Assembly: GCA_947476015.1 (NCBI GenBank)
Contig: CANJOS010000001.1
Span: 1-56,828 of the forward strand
Origin: Comamonadaceae bacterium
GTDB lineage: Bacteria > Pseudomonadota > Gammaproteobacteria > Burkholderiales > Burkholderiaceae_C
DNA length: 56,828 bases
Direction of reading: 5' to 3'
A program made the translations under genes and the position numbers. Shown here in pieces: positions 40,959 through 54,175 of the stretch; positions within the stretch are counted from its first letter, which is position 1; the number at the start of each line of letters is the position of its first letter. The notes under the pieces were generated by a model that had not been told where the DNA came from, ran no database searches, and was given only the letters and a program-made list of their open reading frames with translations.

Positions 40959-43592
40959 ATGCACGATCTGTCGACATTGCGCGATCAATACCGGCAGGAG
41001 AAACATGACCTGTGGGCGCACATCTCAAGCACCCATGCAACCCCAAGGGGGCTGAAGCGCACCCTCATTCGTTTGGCGAATCTGGCAGACAAGCTGTTGA
41101 TTCAACTTTGGCGCAATGCAGGATTCAACCAAGGCGAGGCGCTGATTGCAGTCGGTGGGTTTGGCCGAGGTGAGCTTTTCCCATCATCGGATGTCGATGT
41201 CTTGGTTTTATTGCCAGATTCCGTCGATGCGGAAACATCACCGAAATTAAAAGCCAAGCTGGAAGAATTCATCGGCAGCTGTTGGGACAGTGGTCTAGAA
41301 ATCGGCTCCAGTGTTCGATCTTTGATCGACTGTTTGCATGAGTCGTCCAAGGACATCACCGTTCAAACCTCATTGCTCGAGAGTCGATTCATCACGGGCA
41401 ACGAAGCCTTGTTCAAGCAATTCAAGTTGCGCTATGACCAAGCCATGGACCCTCATGCCTTTTTTGTTGCGAAGACGCTTGAGATGCAACAGCGGCACAA
41501 TAAATTTGAAAACACCCCCTACTCCCTCGAACCCAATTGCAAGGAATCGCCGGGGGGGCTGCGCGATCTGCAGATCATTTTGTGGGTTTCGAAAGCTGCA
41601 GGCCTCGGCAAGAATTGGGATGATTTAGCAATCAAAGGGCTGGCCACAGCATTGGAGGTCAAGCAAATCAAACGCAACGAAGGGGTGCTTAGCCTTATTC
41701 GCGCAAGATTGCATTTGCTGGCCAAGCGCCGTGAAGATCGCTTGGTCTTTGATTTGCAACATGCCTTGGCAGAGGCCTTTGGTTTCAAAGCGATCAGCAC
41801 ACCGGATGGTCGGCATCGGCAGCGCGCCAGTGAAATTTTGATGCGCCAATACTACTGGGCCGCTAAAGCAGTCACCCAGCTGAATCAAATTTTGTTGCTC
41901 AACATTGAGGCGCATTTACAAGCGCAACGTGGCGACATTCGAATTGAGTTGCGGAAATTAAACGATCATTTTTATGAGAACAATGGTCTCTTGGAAGTGG
42001 CGCAAGACGATCTCTACCAGCACCACCCACATGCCATCTTAGAAACTTTTTTGCTTTTCCAACAAACACATGGCGTGAAAGGCTTGTCTGCCAAAACACT
42101 CCGTGCGCTCTACAACGTTCGCAATGTGATGGACGCCAAATTCAGACGTGACCCCATCAATCGGCAAACATTTTTGAAAATCCTGCAAGAAACAGAAGGC
42201 ATCACGCATGCGCTGCGATTGATGAACCAAACCTCCGTGTTGGGCCGCTATTTGTGGGTCTTTCGCAAGATCGTGGGTCAAATGCAGCACGATCTGTTTC
42301 ATGTTTATACGGTGGACCAGCACATCATGATGGTGCTGCGCAATGTTCGACGTTTTTTCATTGCCGATCATGCTCATGAGTATCCTTTTTGCTCGCAATT
42401 GGCGGCGGGTTGGGACAAGCCCTATGTGCTTTATGTCGCTGCTTTGTTTCACGACATCGCCAAAGGCCGTGGTGGTGATCACTCTCAATTGGGTGCAGAG
42501 GAAGTCAAGCGCTTTTGTCGCGAACACGCCATCTCCCATGAGGATGCCCAACTCATTGCTTTCTTGGTGACTGAACACCTGACCATGAGCCGTGTGGCAC
42601 AAAAAGAAGATCTAAGCGACCCTGATGTGATTGCAGCATTTGCCAAACGAGTCGGCAACGAACGTCGGTTGACGGCTTTGTATTTGCTCACTGTTGCAGA
42701 CATTCGCGGCACCAGCCCCAAAGTTTGGAATGCCTGGAAAGGCAAACTGTTAGAAGATTTATACCGCTACACACTGCGCGTTTTGGGTGGCAGAGCACCC
42801 GATGCCAATACTGAAATTGAGGCTCGCAAGCGCGAAGCGCTTGTTGAGCTGGCTTTGCATTCAGAGCCCCACGAGGGCCAAAAGGCTTTGTGGGAGACCC
42901 TCGATGTGGGCTACTTCATGCGGCATGATGCCAGCGAAATTGCTTGGCATGCACGTCAACTCTCCAGGTATGTTTCTAAGGCCGGGGAAGATGCTATCGC
43001 CAGCTCAGAGGGCAAAAGCATTGTGCGCGGCAGAATTTCTCCTTTAGGCGAAGGCCTGCAAGTACTCGTCTACACAGCTGATCAGACAGATTTGTTTGCT
43101 CGCATTTGTGGCTATTTTGACCAAGCGGGTTTCAGTATTTTGGATGCCAAAATACACACTGCGAAAAATGGCTTTGCTCTAGACACCTTCCAAGTGGTCA
43201 CCTCCTTGTTGCCTGAGCACTACCGCGAACTGATCACCATGGTCGAGTCAGGGTTGGCTTCCACCATCGACAAAAAGGGCACTCTGCCTGCGCCCACCAA
43301 GGGCAGAGTTTCTCGTCGCGTGAAAAATTTTCCCATTGCGCCCCGCATCACATTGCATCCAGATGAAAAAGCGCAGAGTTGGTTGCTGGGTATTTCTGCC
43401 AGCGACCGATTGGGTTTGCTCTACAGCGTGGCCACCGTATTGGCCAAACACAGCATCAGTTTGAAGTTGGCCAAAATCAGCACTTTGGGTGAGCGCGTTG
43501 AAGACACCTTTCTCATTGAAGGCAGTGCGCTTCAACACAACCGCGAACAAATTGCCATCGAGACGGAATTGCTTCAAGTGCTGCAGGCCTAG
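40959..43592 (+). CDS. glnD: [Protein-PII] uridylyltransferase
   Basis: [50 protein letters not shown] domains. Follows map. Confidence 0.96.
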   Translation: MHDLSTLRDQYRQEKHDLWAHISSTHATPRGLKRTLIRLANLADKLLIQLWRNAGFNQGEALIAVGGFGRGELFPSSDVDVLVLLPDSVDAETSPKLKAKLEEFIGSCWDSGLEIGSSVRSLIDCLHESSKDITVQTSLLESRFITGNEALFKQFKLRYDQAMDPHAFFVAKTLEMQQRHNKFENTPYSLEPNCKESPGGLRDLQIILWVSKAAGLGKNWDDLAIKGLATALEVKQIKRNEGVLSLIRARLHLLAKRREDRLVFDLQHALAEAFGFKAISTPDGRHRQRASEILMRQYYWAAKAVTQLNQILLLNIEAHLQAQRGDIRIELRKLNDHFYENNGLLEVAQDDLYQHHPHAILETFLLFQQTHGVKGLSAKTLRALYNVRNVMDAKFRRDPINRQTFLKILQETEGITHALRLMNQTSVLGRYLWVFRKIVGQMQHDLFHVYTVDQHIMMVLRNVRRFFIADHAHEYPFCSQLAAGWDKPYVLYVAALFHDIAKGRGGDHSQLGAEEVKRFCREHAISHEDAQLIAFLVTEHLTMSRVAQKEDLSDPDVIAAFAKRVGNERRLTALYLLTVADIRGTSPKVWNAWKGKLLEDLYRYTLRVLGGRAPDANTEIEARKREALVELALHSEPHEGQKALWETLDVGYFMRHDASEIAWHARQLSRYVSKAGEDAIASSEGKSIVRGRISPLGEGLQVLVYTADQTDLFARICGYFDQAGFSILDAKIHTAKNGFALDTFQVVTSLLPEHYRELITMVESGLASTIDKKGTLPAPTKGRVSRRVKNFPIAPRITLHPDEKAQSWLLGISASDRLGLLYSVATVLAKHSISLKLAKISTLGERVEDTFLIEGSALQHNREQIAIETELLQVLQA

Positions 43593-43601
43593 GCCTAGGT
43601 G

Positions 43602-45893
43602 CTAACTTTTCTTGCGGGGTGGCAAACCTGTATGCTGCGTCAGCAGACTCCCTTTTCGAGGTGATGCACTGGGCGTGCTGTTTTTGCGACGCGCAGTCTG
43701 ATACGCATCCGACAGGGGCTGCCAAGTTGGAATTAAGTGGTGCTTGCCATTGCCAATCAGGTCAGCTCGGCCCATTGATTTAAGCGCCTCACGCAGCAAA
43801 GGCCAGTGATTGGCATCGTGATAACGCAAAAAGGCTTTGTGCAAGCGGCGGCGTTTTTCACCTTTGACCACATCCACTTTCTCGCTGTCCCGTGTAATTT
43901 TTCGAAGCGGATTCTTGGTGGTGTGGTACATCGCCGTGGCCGTGGCCATCGGGCTTGGGTAAAAAGTTTGAACTTGATCCGCACGAAAACCATTTTTCTT
44001 CAGCCAAATGGCCAAGTTCATCATGTCTTCATCGCTGGTGCCCGGATGGGCTGCAATGAAATAGGGCACCAAAAATTGTTTCTTGCCGGCTTCTGCACTG
44101 TACTTATCGAACATGCTTTTGAACTTGTCGTAGGTACCAATGCCGGGCTTCATCATTTTGGTCAATGGCCCTGATTCAGTGTGTTCGGGGGCAATTTTCA
44201 AGTAACCACCCACATGGTGTGTGACCAACTCTTTCACATACTCAGGACTTTGAACTGCCAAGTCGTAACGCAGCCCTGAGCCAATCAATATTTTCTTGAT
44301 GCCCTTCAAGCTTCTCGCCTTTCGGTACATTTGAATCAGTGGCCCATGATCGGTCGTGAGATTGCTGCAAATTCCAGGAAAGACGCAGCTGGGTTTTCGA
44401 CAAGCGGCTTCAATTTCAGGGCTACGGCAGCCCAATCGGTACATGTTGGCCGTTGGCCCACCCAAATCGGAAATAACGCCCGTAAAACCCTTCACCTTGT
44501 CGCGAATGTCTTCAATTTCTCGCAAGACGGAAGCTTCACTGCGGCTTTGAATGATGCGGCCCTCATGCTCTGTGATGGAGCAAAAGGTGCATCCACCGAA
44601 ACAGCCGCGCATGATGTTCACAGAGAACCGAATCATTTCCCACGCTGGAATTTTGGTAGCACCTTCATGTGACCCATTTTCATCGGCATAACTGGGATGA
44701 GGACTGCGAGCGTAAGGCAAATCAAATACGGCGTCCATCTCAGCCGTAGTCAGGGGAATAGGGGGCGGCGTGATCCAAACATCTCTCGCAGTGTGACCGT
44801 CGCCATGCGCCTGAACCAAACATCTTGCGTTGCCCGGGTTGGTTTCAAGGTGAAGCACTCGGCTCGCATGAGCGTATAAAACGGGGTCACTTTTGACTTG
44901 CTCATAACTGGGCAAACGAATGACACTTTTGTCTCTTGGGGGAACCTTGTGAAGACCTTTGCCCACCATCACAGGCAAGTTGGGGTTAGGAACAAATTTC
45001 AAAGGCTTGACAGCGCTTGCATTCGAGTTTGAGTTTTGTTGATCAGCAACTGATTGGGCTTCATCTTCCCGTGCACAAGTGGCGCCATTTTCACGAGCCT
45101 GTTCTGAAATCATCAGATAAGGATTCACATGTGCCTCGACGTGACCTGGCGTATCAACGGCAGAAGAATCGATTTGAAACCAGCCATCGGGTGTTTGACG
45201 TCTTACAAATGCCGTACCGCGCACATCCACAATGTCATGAACCGACTCGCGGGCTGCCAACCGGTGCGCAATTTCCACCACGGCCCGCTCGGCATTCCCA
45301 TACAGCAGCAAGTCGCATTTGCTGTCGACCACAATAGAGCGGCGTACTTTGTCTGACCAATAATCGTAGTGTGCAATTCTGCGCAAGGAGCCTTCAATTC
45401 CGCCCAGGACAATGGGGACATCTGGAAAGGCTTCTCTGCAGCGTTGGCTGTAAACAATGGCGGCGCGGTCTGGCCGTTTACCGCCTAGATCGCCCGGTGT
45501 GTAGGCGTCATCAGACCGGATTTTACGATCGGCCGTGTACCGGTTGATCATGGAGTCCATGTTACCGGCCGTGACGCCCCAAAAAAGATTGGGTTTGCCG
45601 AGCGCACGAAAAGGCTCGGCGCTTTGCCAGTCTGGTTGCGCAATGATGCCAACGCGAAAGCCTTGAGCTTCTAGCATTCGACCGATCACGGCCATTCCAA
45701 AGCTGGGGTGGTCAACGTAGGCATCGCCCGTGACCAAAATGATGTCACAACTGTCCCAACCCAATTGCGTCATTTCAGCGCGACTCATGGGCAAGAAAGG
45801 GGCTGTGCCAAAGCGGGACGCCCAGAACTTTCGGTAGCTGTTCAGGGGTTTTGCGTTGCGCGGAAAAAGGGAGACGTCAACCAGAGCGTTCAT
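43602..45893 (-). CDS. ygiQ: YgiQ (UPF0313) family radical SAM protein
   Basis: [50 protein letters not shown]. Confidence 0.93.
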   Translation of the reverse strand: MNALVDVSLFPRNAKPLNSYRKFWASRFGTAPFLPMSRAEMTQLGWDSCDIILVTGDAYVDHPSFGMAVIGRMLEAQGFRVGIIAQPDWQSAEPFRALGKPNLFWGVTAGNMDSMINRYTADRKIRSDDAYTPGDLGGKRPDRAAIVYSQRCREAFPDVPIVLGGIEGSLRRIAHYDYWSDKVRRSIVVDSKCDLLLYGNAERAVVEIAHRLAARESVHDIVDVRGTAFVRRQTPDGWFQIDSSAVDTPGHVEAHVNPYLMISEQARENGATCAREDEAQSVADQQNSNSNASAVKPLKFVPNPNLPVMVGKGLHKVPPRDKSVIRLPSYEQVKSDPVLYAHASRVLHLETNPGNARCLVQAHGDGHTARDVWITPPPIPLTTAEMDAVFDLPYARSPHPSYADENGSHEGATKIPAWEMIRFSVNIMRGCFGGCTFCSITEHEGRIIQSRSEASVLREIEDIRDKVKGFTGVISDLGGPTANMYRLGCRSPEIEAACRKPSCVFPGICSNLTTDHGPLIQMYRKARSLKGIKKILIGSGLRYDLAVQSPEYVKELVTHHVGGYLKIAPEHTESGPLTKMMKPGIGTYDKFKSMFDKYSAEAGKKQFLVPYFIAAHPGTSDEDMMNLAIWLKKNGFRADQVQTFYPSPMATATAMYHTTKNPLRKITRDSEKVDVVKGEKRRRLHKAFLRYHDANHWPLLREALKSMGRADLIGNGKHHLIPTWQPLSDAYQTARRKNSTPSASPRKGSLLTQHTGLPPRKKS

Positions 45894-45964
45894 GGATCAT
45901 CTATTTGGAATGAGCCATTTTAAAGCCTTCAGCAGCTCTTTTGGCTTGAAAGGTCTTTCACACG

Positions 45965-45970
45965 GATAAT
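45965..45970 (+). promoter_or_regulatory. Putative -10 box (GATAAT) 6 nt before the chromate transporter ATG
   Basis: GATAAT-cagtgc-ATG. A divergent TAAAAT for ygiQ lies at 45917-45922. Confidence 0.5.
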
Positions 45971-45976
45971 CAGTGC

Positions 45977-46579
45977 ATGCCCTCAGATTCAACAGTCCTG
46001 CAGCAACCCCGATCCAAAACCGAACTGTTCATTGTGTTCACCTTGCTTGCCTTGCAAGGCGTGGGAGGTGTTTTGGTTATCGTCCAACACGAGTTGGTCG
46101 AGCGACGCAAATGGATGACCCAGGCCCAGTTCGTCGAGGAATGGTCTGTGGCCCAAATCATGCCAGGACCCAATGTGGCCAATTTGTGCATCATGATTGG
46201 CCATCAATATTTTGGTTTTGCAGGTGCGATGGCTGCCTTGTCGGGGCTGCTCTTGGCCCCCCTCATATTGGTGCTGACCTTGGCCATTTTGTTTGCAGGG
46301 ATTTCACACAATTTGATGGCACAAGGCGCCTTGAAAGGCATGGGTGCTGTGTCCGCTGGGTTGATCATTGCCACGGGTTTAAAGATGGGCAAAACCCTGC
46401 CCCAAAATCCCATAGGACTGCTCTCTGCTGTGATCTTAGCGATGGCTTCTTTCATTGCAGTGGGCGTCTTCAGGGTGCCGCTCGCATGGGCAATTTTGGG
46501 CTTGGGTTGTGTGGGTTTTATGATGGCTTTTCAAGCTTTGTCCACCCATGAGTCGACGTCGAAAGACTCAAAATCATGA
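45977..46579 (+). CDS. Short-chain chromate transporter (CHR), first subunit
   Basis: QGVGG, ELVERRKW, AQIMPGPN. Confidence 0.88.
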   Translation: MPSDSTVLQQPRSKTELFIVFTLLALQGVGGVLVIVQHELVERRKWMTQAQFVEEWSVAQIMPGPNVANLCIMIGHQYFGFAGAMAALSGLLLAPLILVLTLAILFAGISHNLMAQGALKGMGAVSAGLIIATGLKMGKTLPQNPIGLLSAVILAMASFIAVGVFRVPLAWAILGLGCVGFMMAFQALSTHESTSKDSKS

Positions 46580-47178
46580 CGGATCCGATTGTTCTTTCCT
46601 CAATGGATTGGCTGGACTTGTTCCTCCACTTTTCTCTCCTTTCCATGTTGTCCATCGGCGGTGCTATCACCTGCGCACCCGACATGCATCGCTACTTGGT
46701 GGACGAAAAACAATGGCTTACTGATGCTTCTTTTTCGTCATCGATTGCATTGGCACAATCGGCGCCGGGGCCAAACGTTTTATTTGTCGCCCTCATGGGT
46801 TGGCAAGTGGGATTGAATGCGGGAGGTGGCTTTGCTGCAGGCGAACAAGCATGGTGGCTTGGACTTTGGGGCATTTTGATCACCATGACAGGCATTTTGC
46901 TCCCCTCCTCTGTGCTCACTTATGTCACAACCCGATGGGCGCATGAGAATCGAGATTTGTTGTCTCTGAGGGCATTCAAATCAGGCATGGCGCCCATTGT
47001 GATAGGTCTTTTGGTCTCGACAGGTTGGCTCTTGAGTGCCTCACACAACAACATGGCGACAGATTGGAAACTCTGGCTGCTCACTGCATTGTCGGCCCTT
47101 GCCGTGATGCGCACCTCGGTCCATTTATTGTGGCTCATTGTCGCGGGAGGCATCTTGGGAGCCGCGGGTTTGCTTTAA
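46576..47178 (+). CDS. Short-chain chromate transporter (CHR), second subunit
   Basis: [25 protein letters not shown] coupling to the first subunit. Confidence 0.88.
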   Translation: MTDPIVLSSMDWLDLFLHFSLLSMLSIGGAITCAPDMHRYLVDEKQWLTDASFSSSIALAQSAPGPNVLFVALMGWQVGLNAGGGFAAGEQAWWLGLWGILITMTGILLPSSVLTYVTTRWAHENRDLLSLRAFKSGMAPIVIGLLVSTGWLLSASHNNMATDWKLWLLTALSALAVMRTSVHLLWLIVAGGILGAAGLL

Positions 47179-47912
47179 AGCAAACGCTGCCTCACCGCCT
47201 CAAACAAACACACGCCACTGGCCACAGACACATTCAAGCTTTCCACAGCACCTTGCATGGGGATACTGACCAACTCATCACAGGTCTTGCGCGTCAGATG
47301 CCGCATGCCGGGGCCCTCTGCGCCTAGCACGAGGGCGGTGGGGCCTTTCAAGTCAACTTGGTAGATGTTTTTGGGCGCATCCCCACTGGTCCCGGTGATC
47401 CAAATGGCGCGTTCTTTGAGTTCACCTAAAGTTCTTGCCAAATTGGTCACCATGAAATAAGGAACAGTTTCAGCCGCACCACTGGCCACTTTGGCCACCG
47501 TGGCATTGATGCCTGCTGCATGATCTTTGGGCGCAATGACAGCATGAGCCCCCGCACCATCGGCTACACGAAGACAGGCGCCCAAATTGTGAGGGTCAGT
47601 CACACCATCCAAGACCAAAAGCAAAGGTGGGCCCTGCACTTGGTCCAACAAATCATCAAGTGAGTGGGCTTGAGGGAGAGACTCTACGCGAGCCGCAACG
47701 CCTTGGTGGCCATGACTGCCCGCCAGCTTGGCCAGTCGCATGCTGTCGGCCTCAATGAGCCGCACGCCCGCTTCTTGCGCTCGCTCAATGAACTGGCGCA
47801 TGCGCGCATCGCGGCGCGTAGATTCAAAATAAATTTCAACAATCGAATGGGGCGCTGTTTTCAAACGCACACCCAAGGCGTGAAAACCGAAAAGGACTTG
47901 AGGAGAGGACAT
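47175..47912 (-). CDS. rlmB: 23S rRNA Gm2251 2'-O-methyltransferase
   Basis: [38 protein letters not shown]. Confidence 0.94.
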   Translation of the reverse strand: MSSPQVLFGFHALGVRLKTAPHSIVEIYFESTRRDARMRQFIERAQEAGVRLIEADSMRLAKLAGSHGHQGVAARVESLPQAHSLDDLLDQVQGPPLLLVLDGVTDPHNLGACLRVADGAGAHAVIAPKDHAAGINATVAKVASGAAETVPYFMVTNLARTLGELKERAIWITGTSGDAPKNIYQVDLKGPTALVLGAEGPGMRHLTRKTCDELVSIPMQGAVESLNVSVASGVCLFEAVRQRLL

Positions 47913-47919
47913 GCCCCGA

Positions 47920-48597
47920 TTATCCTTGGGATATGAGTTGTCCTGCGGAAAGGGTTAAGGTTCGGTCACATCTTTGCGCTAATTTTTGGTCGTGCGTGAC
48001 CAAAATCAGTGTGGTCCCCCTTGCTTGGTTCATGGTCAGCATCAAATTCATGACGCTCTCCCCTGTTTGGGCATCCAAGCTGCCTGTGGGCTCGTCGGCC
48101 AACAACAATTTAGGTTGAACGACAAAGGCGCGAGCCAAAGCCACGCGCTGTTGCTCACCACCACTCAAAACTTTAGGAAAATGGGACAAGCGCTCAGAAA
48201 GGCCCACTTGACCCAAGATTTCTTTTGCAGACTGTGCCGCTTTGGGAATACCCGAGAGCTCCAGAGGCAACATGACATTTTCAAGTGCCGTTAAATGACC
48301 CATGAGTTGGAAATTTTGAAAAACAAAACCCAGTTGAAGACCTCGCCATGCAGCACGTTGATCTTCTGACATGTCAAAGATATTTTCTCCCGCCAATGTG
48401 ATGCTGCCGCTGCTCGGAGTGTCCAATCCGGCCATGATAGACAGCAAGGTACTTTTGCCAGATCCTGAGGCACCCAGGATGGCCACAGTTTCCCCTTCAT
48501 TCACGGAGAAATCAATATCGCGCAAAATAGACAAGGGCTCGGCCTTCTCCCCCACTATTTTGCTCACATGGTTGACCGAAATCATTGCGACTGACAT
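47920..48597 (-). CDS. ABC transporter ATP-binding protein (YbbA-like)
   Basis: [30 protein letters not shown]. Divergent from the tesA-like gene. Confidence 0.88.
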   Translation of the reverse strand: MSVAMISVNHVSKIVGEKAEPLSILRDIDFSVNEGETVAILGASGSGKSTLLSIMAGLDTPSSGSITLAGENIFDMSEDQRAAWRGLQLGFVFQNFQLMGHLTALENVMLPLELSGIPKAAQSAKEILGQVGLSERLSHFPKVLSGGEQQRVALARAFVVQPKLLLADEPTGSLDAQTGESVMNLMLTMNQARGTTLILVTHDQKLAQRCDRTLTLSAGQLISQG

Positions 48598-49315
48598 GCA
48601 CACACCTTTAATCATCAGACACTACTTTAACTGCCTTGCTGTAGGCTTGTTCTCAAGGGGATTTGCCTCCCTGCTCACGGGTCTGTTTGTCATGTGGATT
48701 TCGGTCGTCACAGCCTTCGCCCAAAATGAAACACATCGCGCGTCCAAACCAGAGAAAATAATTCTCATTGTGGGAGATTCATTGAGCGCAGAGTATGGTT
48801 TGCCAAGAGGAACCGGCTGGGTCCAAGCCATGGTGAAACAAGCCAATCAAGAGTCTGTGCCTTTGAAAGTGATCAATGCAAGCATCAGTGGCGACACCAC
48901 TTCGGGCGGCACCACCCGACTCCCTCAGCTGTTAAAAACGCACGGGGCCGACATTGTGGTGATAGAACTGGGTGGCAATGACGCATTGAGAGGTCTGAGT
49001 TTGAACATGACTCAGAACAATCTCAAAAGCATGGCACAAGAAAGTCGCAAAGCGGGGGCCCAAGTTTTATTGGTTGCCATGCAAGTGCCCCCCAATTACG
49101 GTCGCAATTACAGACGACAAATGGACACGGCTTATTCACAAGTGGCCAAAGAAACAGGCGCCCAGCTGAACACCACATTTTTGAAGGGTGTGGCCGATGA
49201 TGCTGACCCGCTGAAATGGTTTCAAGCTGACCGCATTCACCCCAATGAGCAAGCTCAAATTTTGATGATGAAAAACATTTGGCCGCAGCTTAAAAAAATG
49301 CTGTTGAGCTTGTGA
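48596..49315 (+). CDS. tesA: Arylesterase / acyl-CoA thioesterase I (SGNH/GDSL)
   Basis: GDSLS, NASISGDTT, ELGGND, PPNYG, DRIHP. Start uncertain (48596 or 48692). Confidence 0.88.
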   Translation: MHTPLIIRHYFNCLAVGLFSRGFASLLTGLFVMWISVVTAFAQNETHRASKPEKIILIVGDSLSAEYGLPRGTGWVQAMVKQANQESVPLKVINASISGDTTSGGTTRLPQLLKTHGADIVVIELGGNDALRGLSLNMTQNNLKSMAQESRKAGAQVLLVAMQVPPNYGRNYRRQMDTAYSQVAKETGAQLNTTFLKGVADDADPLKWFQADRIHPNEQAQILMMKNIWPQLKKMLLSL

Positions 49316-49316
49316 T

Positions 49317-49499
49317 TCAGTTCTGCGTTGGAATTTGAGAAGGTGTGTCGTTGGAAGACGCAGGGTCTTGAGCATCATCGACGCCATCATCCGGCGCATC
49401 AGTTTTACGCTCAGACTTGGCTTTCAGCTTGTCTTCTTTCTTGCGCTTTTTCGCCAATTCTTTTTGACGTTTTTCGTAGCCGTAATTGGGAGTTGCCAA
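49317..49499 (-). CDS. Small basic/acidic hypothetical protein
   Basis: MATPNYGYEKRQKELAKKRKKEDK... Fills the tesA-metC gap, TTG start with AGAAAG upstream. The N-terminus resembles a small-protein motif I recall from Proteobacteria (unverified). Confidence 0.7.
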   Translation of the reverse strand: MATPNYGYEKRQKELAKKRKKEDKLKAKSERKTDAPDDGVDDAQDPASSNDTPSQIPTQN

Positions 49500-49561
49500 G
49501 ATAGTTCTTTCTATTGAATGTTGCCCACTGTATCAGTTTGGCGCTTCAAAAATGACCCGCT

Positions 49562-50788
49562 TTAAAAATTCAAATGACGCTCAAGCGATTGGGCAAGGTC
49601 TGCCTTCAAATCTGCGACCGATTCAAAACCCAGGGAGAAGCGCACCAAATGCCCGCGCGCAAGCCCCGAAGGCCAATCACGCCGCAAACTGCTCATCTCG
49701 TAGGGCACGACCAAGCTGATAGGGCCACCCCAACTGAAGCCAATGCGAAAGAGCTTCAAGCCATCGCAAAAGGCATCCACTTGGGAGCTGGACAAAGCAG
49801 GACTGAGCATGACACTGAAAAGGCCGGCCGCATGGCCAGAACCGCCGCCGGAGTTACACAAGGATTGCCAATTTTCGTGACCTGGGGAAGCACTCAAAGC
49901 GGGATGCATGACCTGAACACAGGCTTTTTGGAGTTGCCACCAAGCCGCTAAAGCCCTCCCGGCTTCGTCCTGAGCTTGATATCGCATTGAAATGGTCGGC
50001 AGAGATCTGAGGATGGTTTCTACATCGTTGGCCCCGACACAAATGCCCAAACGCATGTGACTGAGCTTTAACTTCATGCCCAGATGATCATCATGGGTCA
50101 TGACGCTGCCCATCAACACATCGCCGCCACCGCTTGGGTATTTGGTCAATGCGTGTGCAGTGAAATCAACTGCAAGTTGACCATCCCCCAAGAGGTCAAA
50201 GGGTTTGAAAGCGATACCCGCGCCCCAAGTATTGTCCAAGGCCGTGAGAATCTTTCGGGATTGGCAAAGTTGGACCAGTGCGACCAAATTGGGGAACTCC
50301 ATGCTGACCGAGCCAGGCACCTCCATCCATACCAGCTTGGTGTTGTTTTGAATTTTGGTTTCAAGATCAAGCAAATTCATCGCATCGTAATAGGTGTGTG
50401 AAATGCCGAAATTCTGCAGCTCATGTTCAGCCAAGGCTTGATGGGGACCGTAAGCATTCTCGGGCAACAACACATGGTCACCCTGTTTCAAAATGGCAAA
50501 AGAAGCCACTGCCAATGCTGTCAATCCGCTGGGGGTGAGAACGCAATGCTTTCCGCCTTCGAGTGAACAAAGTCGCTCTTCAAGAATGAAGGTGGTGGGT
50601 GTGCCATGAGTGCCATAGGTATAGCCCGACTTGTCCTTCCAATCGCGTTGGCGCATGGCAGCAACATTGGGGAAGAAAATTGTCGAGGCTTTGTGCACCC
50701 CGGGCTGAGGGGCTTGGAAGTCGCCAGGCGGCTGATAGCCGTGGTGAATCAATTCTGTCGAAAGGTGGGATGTTTTCAAAGAAGTCAT
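49562..50788 (-). CDS. metC: Cystathionine beta-lyase (Cys/Met metabolism PLP enzyme)
   Basis: YGTHGTPT, DNTWG, ALTKY (PLP Lys) GGGDVLMG, IGFSWGG. Confidence 0.85.
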   Translation of the reverse strand: MTSLKTSHLSTELIHHGYQPPGDFQAPQPGVHKASTIFFPNVAAMRQRDWKDKSGYTYGTHGTPTTFILEERLCSLEGGKHCVLTPSGLTALAVASFAILKQGDHVLLPENAYGPHQALAEHELQNFGISHTYYDAMNLLDLETKIQNNTKLVWMEVPGSVSMEFPNLVALVQLCQSRKILTALDNTWGAGIAFKPFDLLGDGQLAVDFTAHALTKYPSGGGDVLMGSVMTHDDHLGMKLKLSHMRLGICVGANDVETILRSLPTISMRYQAQDEAGRALAAWWQLQKACVQVMHPALSASPGHENWQSLCNSGGGSGHAAGLFSVMLSPALSSSQVDAFCDGLKLFRIGFSWGGPISLVVPYEMSSLRRDWPSGLARGHLVRFSLGFESVADLKADLAQSLERHLNF

Positions 50789-50802
50789 CCCCTCATCCTA
50801 AA

Positions 50803-51327
50803 TCAGACTTTCCATTTTTCCATTAATTTTTCAGGTTTGAGGCTGTCGTAGCCTTCAAAGGGCTGATGAATCCATGGATTCGTTGGCAAAAAGTCAACAG
50901 AATAGTCGGCTTTGAAGCCGGAGACACCTTTGGTCCAAATGACGGCTGTGCGCAACTCACTGATGGGTTTGTAATTGGTTTTCAGCATGTTGACCACCGC
51001 ACTCAGGGTGTGGCCAGTGTCTGCCAAATCATCGACCAAGAGAACGCGTCCGGCAATCTCACCCTTTGGCGTGGTGATGAAACGGGCGATGTCCAAGTGG
51101 CCTTGAACAGTCCCCTCGTCTGCACGGTAAGAGCTGGTGGACATGATGGCCAGGGGCTTGTCAAAGATGCGCGACAAGATATCACCTGGCCGCATCCCGC
51201 CGCGGGCCAAACACAAAATGGTGTCGAATTCCCATTTGGATTGGTAAACTTTCAGTGCCAGTTTTTCAATGAGATTGTGGTACTCATCGTAGCTTACATA
51301 CAGATGTTTGCCGTCTTCAGTCAGCAT
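50803..51327 (-). CDS. Type I phosphoribosyltransferase (purine salvage, Gpt-like)
   Basis: LARGG, LLVDDLADTG, WIHQPFE. Downstream of purA. Confidence 0.9.
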   Translation of the reverse strand: MLTEDGKHLYVSYDEYHNLIEKLALKVYQSKWEFDTILCLARGGMRPGDILSRIFDKPLAIMSTSSYRADEGTVQGHLDIARFITTPKGEIAGRVLLVDDLADTGHTLSAVVNMLKTNYKPISELRTAVIWTKGVSGFKADYSVDFLPTNPWIHQPFEGYDSLKPEKLMEKWKV

Positions 51328-51383
51328 GGGAAATCTCCAAAAGTTGAGTCATGGATCCGCTTGGATCGATTGATGTTGAAAAA

Positions 51384-53935
<2,552 letters not shown>

Positions 53936-53983
53936 GGCAATGTAAGGGCTGTTAAAACAGGGATTTTACCGGTTCAAATCGCC

Positions 53984-54175
53984 TTAAAAGAGCCAAAGCA
54001 AAAGAAAGAATCCCAACAAAATGGTCGTCAAGCCGAAAAATCGGATTTGGCCGTCTTCAAGCTGCAAAAGGTGCGTGAACATTTCACGCCATTTGGAAGG
54101 CGAAATGAGGGGCATCAGCCCCTCAAAAATTAAAACCAAGGCAAGTGCCGCCAGGAGAGAGTGCCAAAAAGACAC
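53984..54175 (-). CDS. DUF2065 (YjeT-like) small membrane protein
   Basis: ALALVLIFEGLMPLISPSKWR...QIRFFGL. Follows hflC. Confidence 0.88.
   Translation of the reverse strand: MSFWHSLLAALALVLIFEGLMPLISPSKWREMFTHLLQLEDGQIRFFGLTTILLGFFLLLWLF

Noticed and set aside
48371-48595. 75-aa extension of tesA antisense to ybbA
   Set aside because: It mirrors the ybbA Walker A region, and the signal-like segment begins only after 48596.
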